The notes below the pieces were generated by a model, which was not told where the DNA came from, did no database searches, and saw nothing but the letters and a program-made list of their open reading frames with translations. From the NCBI GenBank assembly GCA_027491395.1, contig JAOZFI010000036.1, positions 64,001 to 128,000 on the forward strand: DNA of 64,000 bases, written 5' to 3'. Source of the DNA: Thermoproteota archaeon. Its GTDB lineage: Archaea > Korarchaeota > Korarchaeia > Korarchaeales > Korarchaeaceae. Positions within the stretch are counted from its first letter, which is position 1. Each line of letters begins with the position of its first letter. Positions 47,312-55,655 of the stretch are shown piece by piece. Made by a program: the position numbers and the translations under genes.

Positions 47312-48526
47312 ATGAAGTACACGGCCGCTGCATCGCTTATAATAATGGTGATGCTGCTAGCGATACCTTCCCCACGACCCACACAAGCTCAGATAGCATT
47401 GCTTGGCGTATCGGACACCGAAGTGGTCGCTGGCGGTTTCTTCTATGCCTTCATAAACGTGACATCCCCCGGGACTAAGCCCATAGTCGAGTTCAAACTG
47501 TCCATCTCGGCTCCATCCAGCTGGAAGGTCGAACCCTATGGGGCCAGCGGGATAAACGCGGAGGGTAACAAGATAGATGTAAGGTGGGATGGAAACACAG
47601 CCGTTTATCAGGGGGACGGTGCTACTACGGCTCATGTGGCCTTCATAGTCCAAGTCCCCCTCCAAGACATGGAGGTCAGCAGGACCATATCGGCCCGGGG
47701 GTACCTCCTAGTTAAGGAGGGAAAGCACCTCGTCAAGTACGCGGTGACGGGTAGTAAGCAGATCTATGTCCACAAGTGGGAGCCAATGGTGTTCTTGAAC
47801 CTCAGCAGGACAGAGGTAGTGCCACCCTCTATAATAATCGCTAATGTGACCGTCCTCACTGGACCGCCCCTGTACCCCACGGCCATGAGGAACGTCGTGG
47901 TCAAGGTGGAGGACAGCATCTCAGGTCTTTTATACAACGAAACCGTCGAGTACTGGAGCTATCACAGGGCACTATTCGCCAGAATACCGATAAAGATACC
48001 TATGGATGCTCCCGGGGGACAGCAGAAGATATCAGTGACCGTTGATTACGAGGTTGCTGGCAGGAGGCTGAGAACCTATGTGGATTACCCATACAAAGTG
48101 ATAAAGCCCTCAAGCGTTAAAATAGAGAGGATAGAGGTCCCTGAAGAGGTTAAACTGGGACAGCCGTTCAAGCTCAACGCTACTGTCGTAAATCCATCCT
48201 CGTTCAAGGCCTTGGATGTGGAACTACATGTCAAGTTCTTGGGTAAACACGAGGTTGCCAAGATAGGGGATCTGGGTCCGGGGAACTTCTCATTCATCAG
48301 CATACCTCTGAGGGCGGATAGGGAGGGGAACCATTCCGCAATGGTCTGGGTCGCTTGGGTCCAAGAATATCCCAAGGAGTTGAGGAGGTCTAACGAGACG
48401 AGTCAGGTAATTTATATAGTGAGAGAGGAGCCACCATACTGGATCGCGGTTCCCATTTTACTTCTGGTGATCATGATTGCGGCAGTTAAGTACATTGCTA
48501 GGAGAAGAGGAGCTGGAGAACCTTAA
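47312..48526 (+). CDS. Secreted Ig-like (CARDB-type) membrane-anchored protein
   Basis: Signal peptide, beta-rich repeats, NxT/S sequons, C-terminal TM and basic tail. Confidence 0.7.
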   Translation: MKYTAAASLIIMVMLLAIPSPRPTQAQIALLGVSDTEVVAGGFFYAFINVTSPGTKPIVEFKLSISAPSSWKVEPYGASGINAEGNKIDVRWDGNTAVYQGDGATTAHVAFIVQVPLQDMEVSRTISARGYLLVKEGKHLVKYAVTGSKQIYVHKWEPMVFLNLSRTEVVPPSIIIANVTVLTGPPLYPTAMRNVVVKVEDSISGLLYNETVEYWSYHRALFARIPIKIPMDAPGGQQKISVTVDYEVAGRRLRTYVDYPYKVIKPSSVKIERIEVPEEVKLGQPFKLNATVVNPSSFKALDVELHVKFLGKHEVAKIGDLGPGNFSFISIPLRADREGNHSAMVWVAWVQEYPKELRRSNETSQVIYIVREEPPYWIAVPILLLVIMIAAVKYIARRRGAGEP

Positions 48527-49190
48527 GAGTCAGGTAATGAAGGAGAGAGGAAGGGTCCTCCCTCCAAAGAGTAAATGGGAGCTCTTTAGGTTCGAGGTGC
48601 TCGACTACAAGGGAGTGGTCTATTCAAGCGGCAAAGTGGTGTACCACGAGCCCCTCATTCCTCTGATAGAGAGATCGCTGATAGAACGACCCGGGATCGA
48701 GATAGGTTCCGATGAGGCTGGGAAAGGTGAGAGATTCGGTCCCATAGTGGTCGCTGCCGTCGCACTGGACGAGGACGGCAGGAGATTCCTCAGAGCTAGG
48801 GGACTAATGGAGTCGAAGTCCCTATCAAAGCACAGGCTCTTGGAGATCGCTGGTATGGTAGAGGGGAGAGCGCTGGCGTTGAGCTACAAAGTCGTGACTC
48901 CAAATCAACTGATAAGCAGGTGGAGGAAGGGGAAATTGAACGATCTACTGACTGAATGGCACCTACAAGTAGTTTCAGAGGTCTTCGACGAGGTAGAAGC
49001 CTCTAGAATAATTGTAGACTCCTTCGATGAGTCTAGGCTCAGGGAAGCTTTCTCATTCTTCGAGAGTAGAGGGATAGAGGTCTTAATCGAGTCAAGAGCC
49101 GATCTCAAGTATCCATCAGTAGCCGCCGCTAGCGTCTTGGCAAGGAGGATCTATCTAGAAAAGATGGATGAAGGGATAAAGTGGACATGA
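48477..49190 (+). CDS. Type 2 RNase H, RNase HIII-like
   Basis: N-terminal TBP-like segment (VVYSSGKVV), IGSDEAGKGERFGPIVVAAV, IIVDSF, AD..YPSVAAASVLAR. Confidence 0.75.
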   Translation: MRQLSTLLGEEELENLKSQVMKERGRVLPPKSKWELFRFEVLDYKGVVYSSGKVVYHEPLIPLIERSLIERPGIEIGSDEAGKGERFGPIVVAAVALDEDGRRFLRARGLMESKSLSKHRLLEIAGMVEGRALALSYKVVTPNQLISRWRKGKLNDLLTEWHLQVVSEVFDEVEASRIIVDSFDESRLREAFSFFESRGIEVLIESRADLKYPSVAAASVLARRIYLEKMDEGIKWT

Positions 49191-49691
49191 TCACCCGGGG
49201 AAGGGATGCTTGTAGCCTATCTTTCTCAGAAACTCCATCCTCTCCCTCACATCCTCATCGGATTCCACTCCCGTGGGAGTGCCTCCGTCTATCACTCCTA
49301 GTATCCCCCTGCCATCACCAACATCAGCCACTACAACCTTCAACGGGTTAGCCGTAGCCGCGTAAAGGGTCACTATCTCCGGTAACTGCTTCAGGCGGGG
49401 AAGGACGTTTATAGGCCAAGCTTCCTTCATGATTATAACCAAACAATGGCCCGCGGCTATCTTCTTGGCTCTCTCAACAGCCGCCTCGATCAGTTCTGGA
49501 TCGTTACCCGCCTTCCTTATGAGTCTAGGTCCAGATGACTCGCAGAAAGCGAATCCGAACTTAATACTTGAGCAGGAATCGGCCAAAGCCTCGTAAACGT
49601 CTTCAACGGTTTTAATGAAGTGAGAAGTCGCTATTATGATGTTGGTACCCTCGGGTGGGGTGACATCCACGACCTCCAGCTTCAGATCCAA
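49191..49691 (-). CDS. Adenosine-specific kinase family (DUF355) protein
   Basis: SHFIKTVED, FCESSGPRL, ATANP, GRGILGVIDG, RKIGYK. Confidence 0.88.
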   Translation of the reverse strand: MDLKLEVVDVTPPEGTNIIIATSHFIKTVEDVYEALADSCSSIKFGFAFCESSGPRLIRKAGNDPELIEAAVERAKKIAAGHCLVIIMKEAWPINVLPRLKQLPEIVTLYAATANPLKVVVADVGDGRGILGVIDGGTPTGVESDEDVRERMEFLRKIGYKHPFPG

Positions 49692-49695
49692 GGGA

Positions 49696-50076
49696 TCACC
49701 CCTTCACTATAGACCCTACCTTATTGAATAAATCTAACAGGGCATCCTTTTGGAGCTTGTATACCCTGAACTTACCCTTCACCGTTTCCTTAACTAGACC
49801 AGCTGTTTTGAGGTCGGACAGATGATGGGAGATGAGAGATTGGTCCTTCTCCAGTATATAGGATATCAGGCAGACAGGCATCTCGGACGCCGCCAGCAGT
49901 AATATTATGTCTAACTTTGTTGTATTAGACAAAGCCTTGAAAGCCCAAGCCATCCTTTCCTTGTCCTCCAGCTTCTCCAGATTGTCCAGAGCCCTGTCAA
50001 TCTTCTCTACGTATTCCCTTATGTCCTCTATACATCTTCGGGGGACCCTCTTCAGTACCTCCTCGGCTCTACTCAT
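49696..50076 (-). CDS. ArsR/SmtB transcriptional regulator
   Basis: FKALSN..LDI, MPVCLI, QSLISHHLSDLK. Confidence 0.88.
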   Translation of the reverse strand: MSRAEEVLKRVPRRCIEDIREYVEKIDRALDNLEKLEDKERMAWAFKALSNTTKLDIILLLAASEMPVCLISYILEKDQSLISHHLSDLKTAGLVKETVKGKFRVYKLQKDALLDLFNKVGSIVKG

Positions 50077-50090
50077 GATTTAACACCGTT

Positions 50091-50102
50091 GAACAATTGT
50101 TC
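50091..50102. promoter_or_regulatory. Perfect 12-bp palindrome, candidate ArsR operator
   Basis: GAACAATTGTTC between the TATA-like element near 50112-50120 and the ArsR start. Confidence 0.5.
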
Positions 50103-50164
50103 TTTCATTAGATATATATTTTCCCTCGCAATTTTAAAGGACTGTTTGGAGCGACAATGGGAAA

Positions 50165-51259
50165 ATGTGGGACGTTGCCATAGTCGGAGCTGGACCCTCG
50201 GGATCAACTGCGGCTTACCTGCTATCTAAGATGGGTTTCAAGATATTACTATTGGACATGAGGAGCTTTCCCCGATCCAAACCCTGCGGTGGAGGAATAA
50301 CTTTGAAGGCAGCTAGACTGCTCGAGGAACTGGGCCTACCTCTAGAGCCGGTGGAGGCCTTTCACAGGGACGTAGTGGTTGCTGGCTTTGGACGTGAGAT
50401 AACGGTCAGCACTTCGCCGGGCGAGTTCGCCATAGCCTTGGTGAGAAGGGAACTCTTCGATCACCGACTCCTCGAAAGCGCTATAGGGGCGGGAGCCGAA
50501 TTCATCAGGGCCAAAGTGAGCGCCGTCAAGGTATCAGACAGCGGTGTGAAACTGATCGGACCTGGGGAGGAGGCTAGGCTTGTGATTGGAGCTGATGGCG
50601 CGAATTCCGTCGTGGCTCTAACGTCGGGGGTTAGGAGCGGCTGGAGGAGGGAGGATGTGATACTGGCCTTTGAGGGAAACGCCCCCTTGCAGGACAGATT
50701 GATTTTCATGGTAGATGCGGCGCCCTACGGGTACGGCTGGATATTCCCGAGGAGGAAGGACTCCAATGCCGGAGTGGGGGGAATGTCCGAGAAGTCTCGG
50801 GAGATAATGGAGGCCTTCAGGGAATTCTCATCCAGATTCAATGTTAGAATGAACGGATCTTGGATAATACCCGCTGGTGGTCACGGCAAGCCCATCGCGA
50901 AGGATCGTGTGCTTCTAGTCGGTGATGCGGCCGGTCTAGCGGATCCTCTCACCGGAGAAGGGCTCTATTACGCATTTAGAAGCTCGTTGGAGGCAAGTAG
51001 AGCTCTTGAAAGCGAATCTCCGGCCGAAAAGTACAGTGAGAGGATGAAACCGATTCTAGAGGAGTTAAAGGCGAAGAGAAGGGCTGCTCGCTTGATAATG
51101 CCCAGAATGAAGTTCTTCTTCGAGCTGTTCGTCTCATATCCGGAGATAGCTAGGAGATACATGCTCTCATCCATCGGCAAGGTCGAGTTCAGGGATTTCT
51201 GGAGGTGGGCGATCTCAAGAGTGCCCAGAGCCCTCATAAAGAGTAAGCTGGGGATATAA
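50165..51259 (+). CDS. Geranylgeranyl reductase family protein
   Basis: GAGPSG, FPRSKPCGGG, GADGANS, GYGWIFP, GDAAGLADPLTGEG. Confidence 0.88.
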   Translation: MWDVAIVGAGPSGSTAAYLLSKMGFKILLLDMRSFPRSKPCGGGITLKAARLLEELGLPLEPVEAFHRDVVVAGFGREITVSTSPGEFAIALVRRELFDHRLLESAIGAGAEFIRAKVSAVKVSDSGVKLIGPGEEARLVIGADGANSVVALTSGVRSGWRREDVILAFEGNAPLQDRLIFMVDAAPYGYGWIFPRRKDSNAGVGGMSEKSREIMEAFREFSSRFNVRMNGSWIIPAGGHGKPIAKDRVLLVGDAAGLADPLTGEGLYYAFRSSLEASRALESESPAEKYSERMKPILEELKAKRRAARLIMPRMKFFFELFVSYPEIARRYMLSSIGKVEFRDFWRWAISRVPRALIKSKLGI

Positions 51260-51262
51260 TTA

Positions 51263-52480
51263 CTAATCCAGAAACCCCTCCAATGAGGTCCACCTCTTCA
51301 CGAATCTCAAAAGCCGAGAACTCCGGAGGATCGGGGTTAGATCGAACCTCACCTTACCCCTGAGGAATCTGAGCGCTTCATCCAGCTCGCCGAACCTCGC
51401 GGGCTCCGAAGAGAGCGCCATCCTCATCCCCTCCCTCACCTGCCAGACCCCCACAGGAGCGTAATACTCCGGTCCCACCTCTCTAATGGCTAGAACTGAT
51501 GCCTGCCTCCTCATTGAGCGTAGCTTCTCCAGAACGGCTATTCTCATGGCATAGTGACCTCCATCCATGTAATCCAAACCCGTGCGGGTGTGCTCCCAGT
51601 TGATCAGTACGTGAGCTTCTCCAGAGAATTGAGTCCACAGACCTCTAGGCAGCCAGGCCTCCACGATCTCCAGAATGTAGGGACCGGGAACGATCAACAC
51701 GAAGTACCTGTTCCCCTCATAACTACTCCGGAAAAGTAGTATGTCCCCAGCGTAAAGAGACATCTGCTCGACGAGCCTCCTCAACCAGTTCCCGACCATG
51801 GAATCCACCGCGGTTATCGCCCACCTCGTGGGAACCAACCTCCTCCCTCCCCGAACACCTAGGGAGCCTAAGGAGAGGACCTTGGAGATGGAATAGACAT
51901 CTACGCCCTTCCCGTAGAGCTCTACGATACCCTCGGCGGCGCTCAGATCCCTGTCGTAAACGCTCCTCTCTATCGGAGTCGGTATCTTCGGCTCTTCAGC
52001 GAGTTTTACCCTTTCTACAGGGGCTGTCGGGCCTAGTGGCGTGAGGAGACCGTCGAAGGAGATCCTAGGAGTCGGAGGTCTCTTAAGCTTGGCCTCCATC
52101 TCGACGGGAACCTCGCTTAGAAGGGCCCATCTGACCTCCTCGACCTGCGGTTCATCCACTCTCCTCACATCCATTCTAAAGTGAGCGTAAACTTGCGAGG
52201 AGAACCTGGAGATCATGTAACTGAGGGACCTCCTTATCCACAGGGCAGGGCGCTCAGGGAGATCCGGCTCTCTTAGAGCTACCATGGGACCTACGGACAC
52301 CTTTGGATATTCCCTCTCACCCACGAGGGCCGAAGGGGGTGAGGGACCCTCCACCAAGTTGGTCTTAGGGACCTTCGCCTGAGACTTGACTCTCTCTAGA
52401 ATGGGGCACTTGGACAGGCCGCATAGCAACCTAGTTCCCTTGCACCTGACGCAAAGGGATGGGTCTATCCTAGAGGGCAC
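51263..52480 (-). CDS. Nre-family DNA repair protein
   Basis: CVRCKG..LLCGLSKCP, SPPS, LVPTRWAITAVD, Y.APVGVWQVRE; PIP-like end SLEGF. Confidence 0.9.
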   Translation of the reverse strand: MPSRIDPSLCVRCKGTRLLCGLSKCPILERVKSQAKVPKTNLVEGPSPPSALVGEREYPKVSVGPMVALREPDLPERPALWIRRSLSYMISRFSSQVYAHFRMDVRRVDEPQVEEVRWALLSEVPVEMEAKLKRPPTPRISFDGLLTPLGPTAPVERVKLAEEPKIPTPIERSVYDRDLSAAEGIVELYGKGVDVYSISKVLSLGSLGVRGGRRLVPTRWAITAVDSMVGNWLRRLVEQMSLYAGDILLFRSSYEGNRYFVLIVPGPYILEIVEAWLPRGLWTQFSGEAHVLINWEHTRTGLDYMDGGHYAMRIAVLEKLRSMRRQASVLAIREVGPEYYAPVGVWQVREGMRMALSSEPARFGELDEALRFLRGKVRFDLTPILRSSRLLRFVKRWTSLEGFLD

Positions 52481-52503
52481 AAATAAGAGTTACATGGGGG
52501 AAA

Positions 52504-52908
52504 TTAATCGTTGATTTCAACACCTAGCTTAACCCTGTAGACCTTCCCCCTCCCATCCACCCTCTCCACGAACCCTTTCTCCTCGAGGATCCTCAATCTC
52601 TCCGATATTATCCTCCTAGAGGCCGATCCCCTTAGCTTCCTGACCTCCTCCGTGAGCTGGGATATGTTGAGCGGCCCCTTCGTGGCGAGGGCCCTGATTA
52701 TACTCCTATCTATGTCTCCCGTCACCAGCTGGGCCATTCTCTCCACCTTCGCGACGCTTCCCAATATTGAGGCGTACGCCCTCAGGAGTGACTTGTATAC
52801 CTCCAAGCTTCTCAGGTCAGCTTCCGCGGATTCCATCCTGCTCTCGAGCCTGTCGAGCCGCTCTATTATCTTGAACAGCAATTCTTTGATCTCATCGAGC
52901 TCCCCCAT
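52504..52908 (-). CDS. Coiled-coil plus winged-HTH transcriptional regulator
   Basis: NISQLTEEVRKLRGSASRRIISERL; start placed at ATG 52908. Confidence 0.75.
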   Translation of the reverse strand: MGELDEIKELLFKIIERLDRLESRMESAEADLRSLEVYKSLLRAYASILGSVAKVERMAQLVTGDIDRSIIRALATKGPLNISQLTEEVRKLRGSASRRIISERLRILEEKGFVERVDGRGKVYRVKLGVEIND

Positions 52909-53123
52909 CCTACAACTCCTCCTATATCGGGGACGATTATCTCCAAGAGCTCCCGACATACTCCCTCGCTGAGACCCGATGATCTGAGTTCTTTCAGAGC
53001 CGATCTCCTAGCTAGACTCTTCCTCACCTTATAAGCTCCTAGGAGGTAGAGGACCCTCAGGGCCAGCGGCGACAGCGATCCTATCAGCAATAGAAGCTCT
53101 ATCGCTGCCCTGAGGCGCCTCAA
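52866..53123 (-). CDS. Small hypothetical membrane-associated protein
   Basis: ATGA-type overlap with upstream gene; hydrophobic N-terminus. Confidence 0.55.
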   Translation of the reverse strand: MRRLRAAIELLLLIGSLSPLALRVLYLLGAYKVRKSLARRSALKELRSSGLSEGVCRELLEIIVPDIGGVVGWGSSMRSKNCCSR

Positions 53124-53443
53124 TCCTCTTCCCCTTTCATTACGGACTTGAGCACGGACATCGGGTTGATGAAGTGCTCCTTAGTGAGCTTGAGGGCCAG
53201 ATCCTCAGGTATGCCCTGATCCACGAGCTCCTTGTAGAAGGAAGCTATGGCCCTAGCCCTCTCCCTCGCTCTCTCAGGATTGTAGGTGAGGTCCATTATC
53301 TCCTTAAGGGGTTCAATCAGGCCCTGTAACAGCCCAGGAACTTCGCTCCTAAGGACCGAGAATATCTCCCTGAGCTCCTCTACATCTTCATCGATTGAGA
53401 GTTTCCTCCCCTTTTTCGCAACCTCCTTATCCTCGTCCATCAT
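53120..53443 (-). CDS. Conserved archaeal hypothetical protein
   Basis: AIASFYKELVDQGIPEDLALKLT motif; GGTGG upstream. Confidence 0.7.
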   Translation of the reverse strand: MMDEDKEVAKKGRKLSIDEDVEELREIFSVLRSEVPGLLQGLIEPLKEIMDLTYNPERARERARAIASFYKELVDQGIPEDLALKLTKEHFINPMSVLKSVMKGEED

Positions 53444-53568
53444 CTACCACCAACTCTAATCCCTGATCACGACCTATAAGGTGATTGCAAATGTGTGAGC
53501 ACTATGTGATCGCTCACGATCGCTAAGGGTTATTTCAAATTATGTAATTTTATACCTGTGAAGTTCAG

Positions 53569-54525
53569 GTGACCCTGATGCTCAAGGCCCAAAGATTGGA
53601 AGAGCAGCCAGAGCTGGCAGTGGAAGCTAAGAATCTAACCAAGAGATTCGGCAAATTCGTTGCTGTCGATCACATAAGCTTGGAGATAAGGCGAGGGGAG
53701 AACTTCGGTCTGTTGGGGCCAAACGGGGCCGGGAAGACCACGACCATAAGGATGATAACTGGGGTCATAAAACCTTCAGAGGGCTGCGTGAAGGTCTTTG
53801 GCATAGATGTGGCCAAGGAGAGGAAGAAGGTCCTAAAGTACATAGGGTACATGCCCCAGAAGTTCAGCCTGTACGAAGATCTCACGGTCGAGGAGAACAT
53901 AAGGCTATATGGACGCCTCCAAGGGTTGACCGGATCTCTACTCAAGAATAGAGTTAAGGAACTGCTGGAGAGATTCTATCTCTGGGAATTCAGAAGAAGG
54001 CTCGCCGGAAAGCTCAGTGGGGGAATGAAACAGAGGTTGGCGCTTGCTACAGCGCTCGTACACGACCCGACCCTCCTGATTCTGGACGAGCCCACCGCAG
54101 GAGTTGATCCTCCCCTCAGGCGGAAGTTCTGGGAGCACTTCAGGGAGCTGAACAGGGAGGGCAAGACTATACTCGTGACGACCCACTACATGGACGAAGC
54201 TGAGAACTGCGACAGGCTGGCATTAATGAACAGGGGCAGAATAATCGCGGAAGGTACACCCAGAGAGATAAAGAGGAGGGCTTTGGGAGGGGACCTAGTG
54301 GAAATAGTCTTCGAGGGGGATCTGGACCCGGCTGCCCTTCCAGGGGTCAAGTCGGTCATGGAGGACTCGAGCGAGAGGTACCTCCTAGTAGTGGAGGATG
54401 CTGGGAGGGATCTCCCTAGGATCGTGAAGAAAGCCGAGGAACTGGGAGCTAAGATACTAGTGGCTTCCCCTATGCATGTGAGCTTGGAGGAGGCATTCAT
54501 CAGGTTCATGGGTGAATCCGAATGA
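53569..54525 (+). CDS. ABC exporter ATPase
   Basis: GPNGAGKTT, YMPQKFSLYEDLTV, LSGGMKQR, LDEPTAGVDP, TTHYMDEA. Confidence 0.93.
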   Translation: MTLMLKAQRLEEQPELAVEAKNLTKRFGKFVAVDHISLEIRRGENFGLLGPNGAGKTTTIRMITGVIKPSEGCVKVFGIDVAKERKKVLKYIGYMPQKFSLYEDLTVEENIRLYGRLQGLTGSLLKNRVKELLERFYLWEFRRRLAGKLSGGMKQRLALATALVHDPTLLILDEPTAGVDPPLRRKFWEHFRELNREGKTILVTTHYMDEAENCDRLALMNRGRIIAEGTPREIKRRALGGDLVEIVFEGDLDPAALPGVKSVMEDSSERYLLVVEDAGRDLPRIVKKAEELGAKILVASPMHVSLEEAFIRFMGESE

Positions 54526-55655
54526 TCGAACTTGAGGAGGGAATAAGGAAGGGCCTCAGGATAGTACCGATAGTGGACAAGGAGATAAGGCAGCTTGTTA
54601 GAGATCCCAAGACAATTCTAATGGTCCTGCTGATGCCGATAACGGTTACCATCCTCTTCGGATACGGGTATGGTGGCAAGGGGGCTGGGAAATATCCTAT
54701 AACCGTAGTGAACCTAGATGGGGGAGATGGAGCCTTCAAGTTCATACAGGAGCTCAGAAACTCCAAGATGTTTCAGATAAAAGCCATATACAAGTCCAAG
54801 GGGCAGGGATTTTCTTCCGTGTACTCAGGTGAGGTTTACGCGAGCTTGATAATTCCAGAGACATTCACCGAGGATCTGATGAGGGGCAGGCCTACTAGGG
54901 TGGAACTGTACTACGATGCTAGCAATCCGACCGTGGCTCAGATGATAATGCAGGCCGTCGGGGTGGTCACTCAGCAGTTTCAGGAGTGGGCCGCAGCTCG
55001 GTTCGGTACCTTCGCCATAACCCCCATGTTCTACACGGTTTACGGCCCCGAGATAAAGAAGATAGAGAGCTTCATTCCGACGCTCATGGCGATGATACTG
55101 CAGATGGTCCCAACCAGCCTAATATCGGTCTCAATCTGCAGGGAGAGGGAGAAGGGGACGTTTGAGCAGTTTATCATGACTCCAGTTAGTGTCTTCGACA
55201 TAATATTTGGTAAGCTAGCTGCCTACTTCCTCGCGACAATATCTGATGCCATACTGAGCCTCTTCACGGCTATACTGCTCTTCGATGTGAAGCTTAAGGG
55301 CACCTTCTTGGACATGGTTATAGTGTCCACGGTGTTCCTTCTGAACTCGCTAAGCTTGGGTCTGCTAATATCTGTCTTCTCTAGGAATCAACTTCAGGCC
55401 TATCAGGCGAGCATATTCTCATTCATCATATTCATGCTCTTCAGCGGCGTGTTCATCCCGGTGGATGTCCTCAGTTCGGAGGCGAAGCTGATCTCATCCT
55501 TCGTCCCGATGTACTATTTCGTGTCGGCCTTCAGGAACGTTTCCCTCAAAGGATGGGACTACCTCATGGTCCTAGATCAGCTAACAGTGATTAGCATGTT
55601 CACATTCGCTTTCCTCGCCCTCTCTCTGAGGTTTCTGAGGATGGAGGTGACGTGA
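54522..55655 (+). CDS. ABC-2 exporter permease
   Basis: KEIRQLVRD, REREKGTFEQ..TP, multiple TM helices. Confidence 0.9.
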   Translation: MIELEEGIRKGLRIVPIVDKEIRQLVRDPKTILMVLLMPITVTILFGYGYGGKGAGKYPITVVNLDGGDGAFKFIQELRNSKMFQIKAIYKSKGQGFSSVYSGEVYASLIIPETFTEDLMRGRPTRVELYYDASNPTVAQMIMQAVGVVTQQFQEWAAARFGTFAITPMFYTVYGPEIKKIESFIPTLMAMILQMVPTSLISVSICREREKGTFEQFIMTPVSVFDIIFGKLAAYFLATISDAILSLFTAILLFDVKLKGTFLDMVIVSTVFLLNSLSLGLLISVFSRNQLQAYQASIFSFIIFMLFSGVFIPVDVLSSEAKLISSFVPMYYFVSAFRNVSLKGWDYLMVLDQLTVISMFTFAFLALSLRFLRMEVT

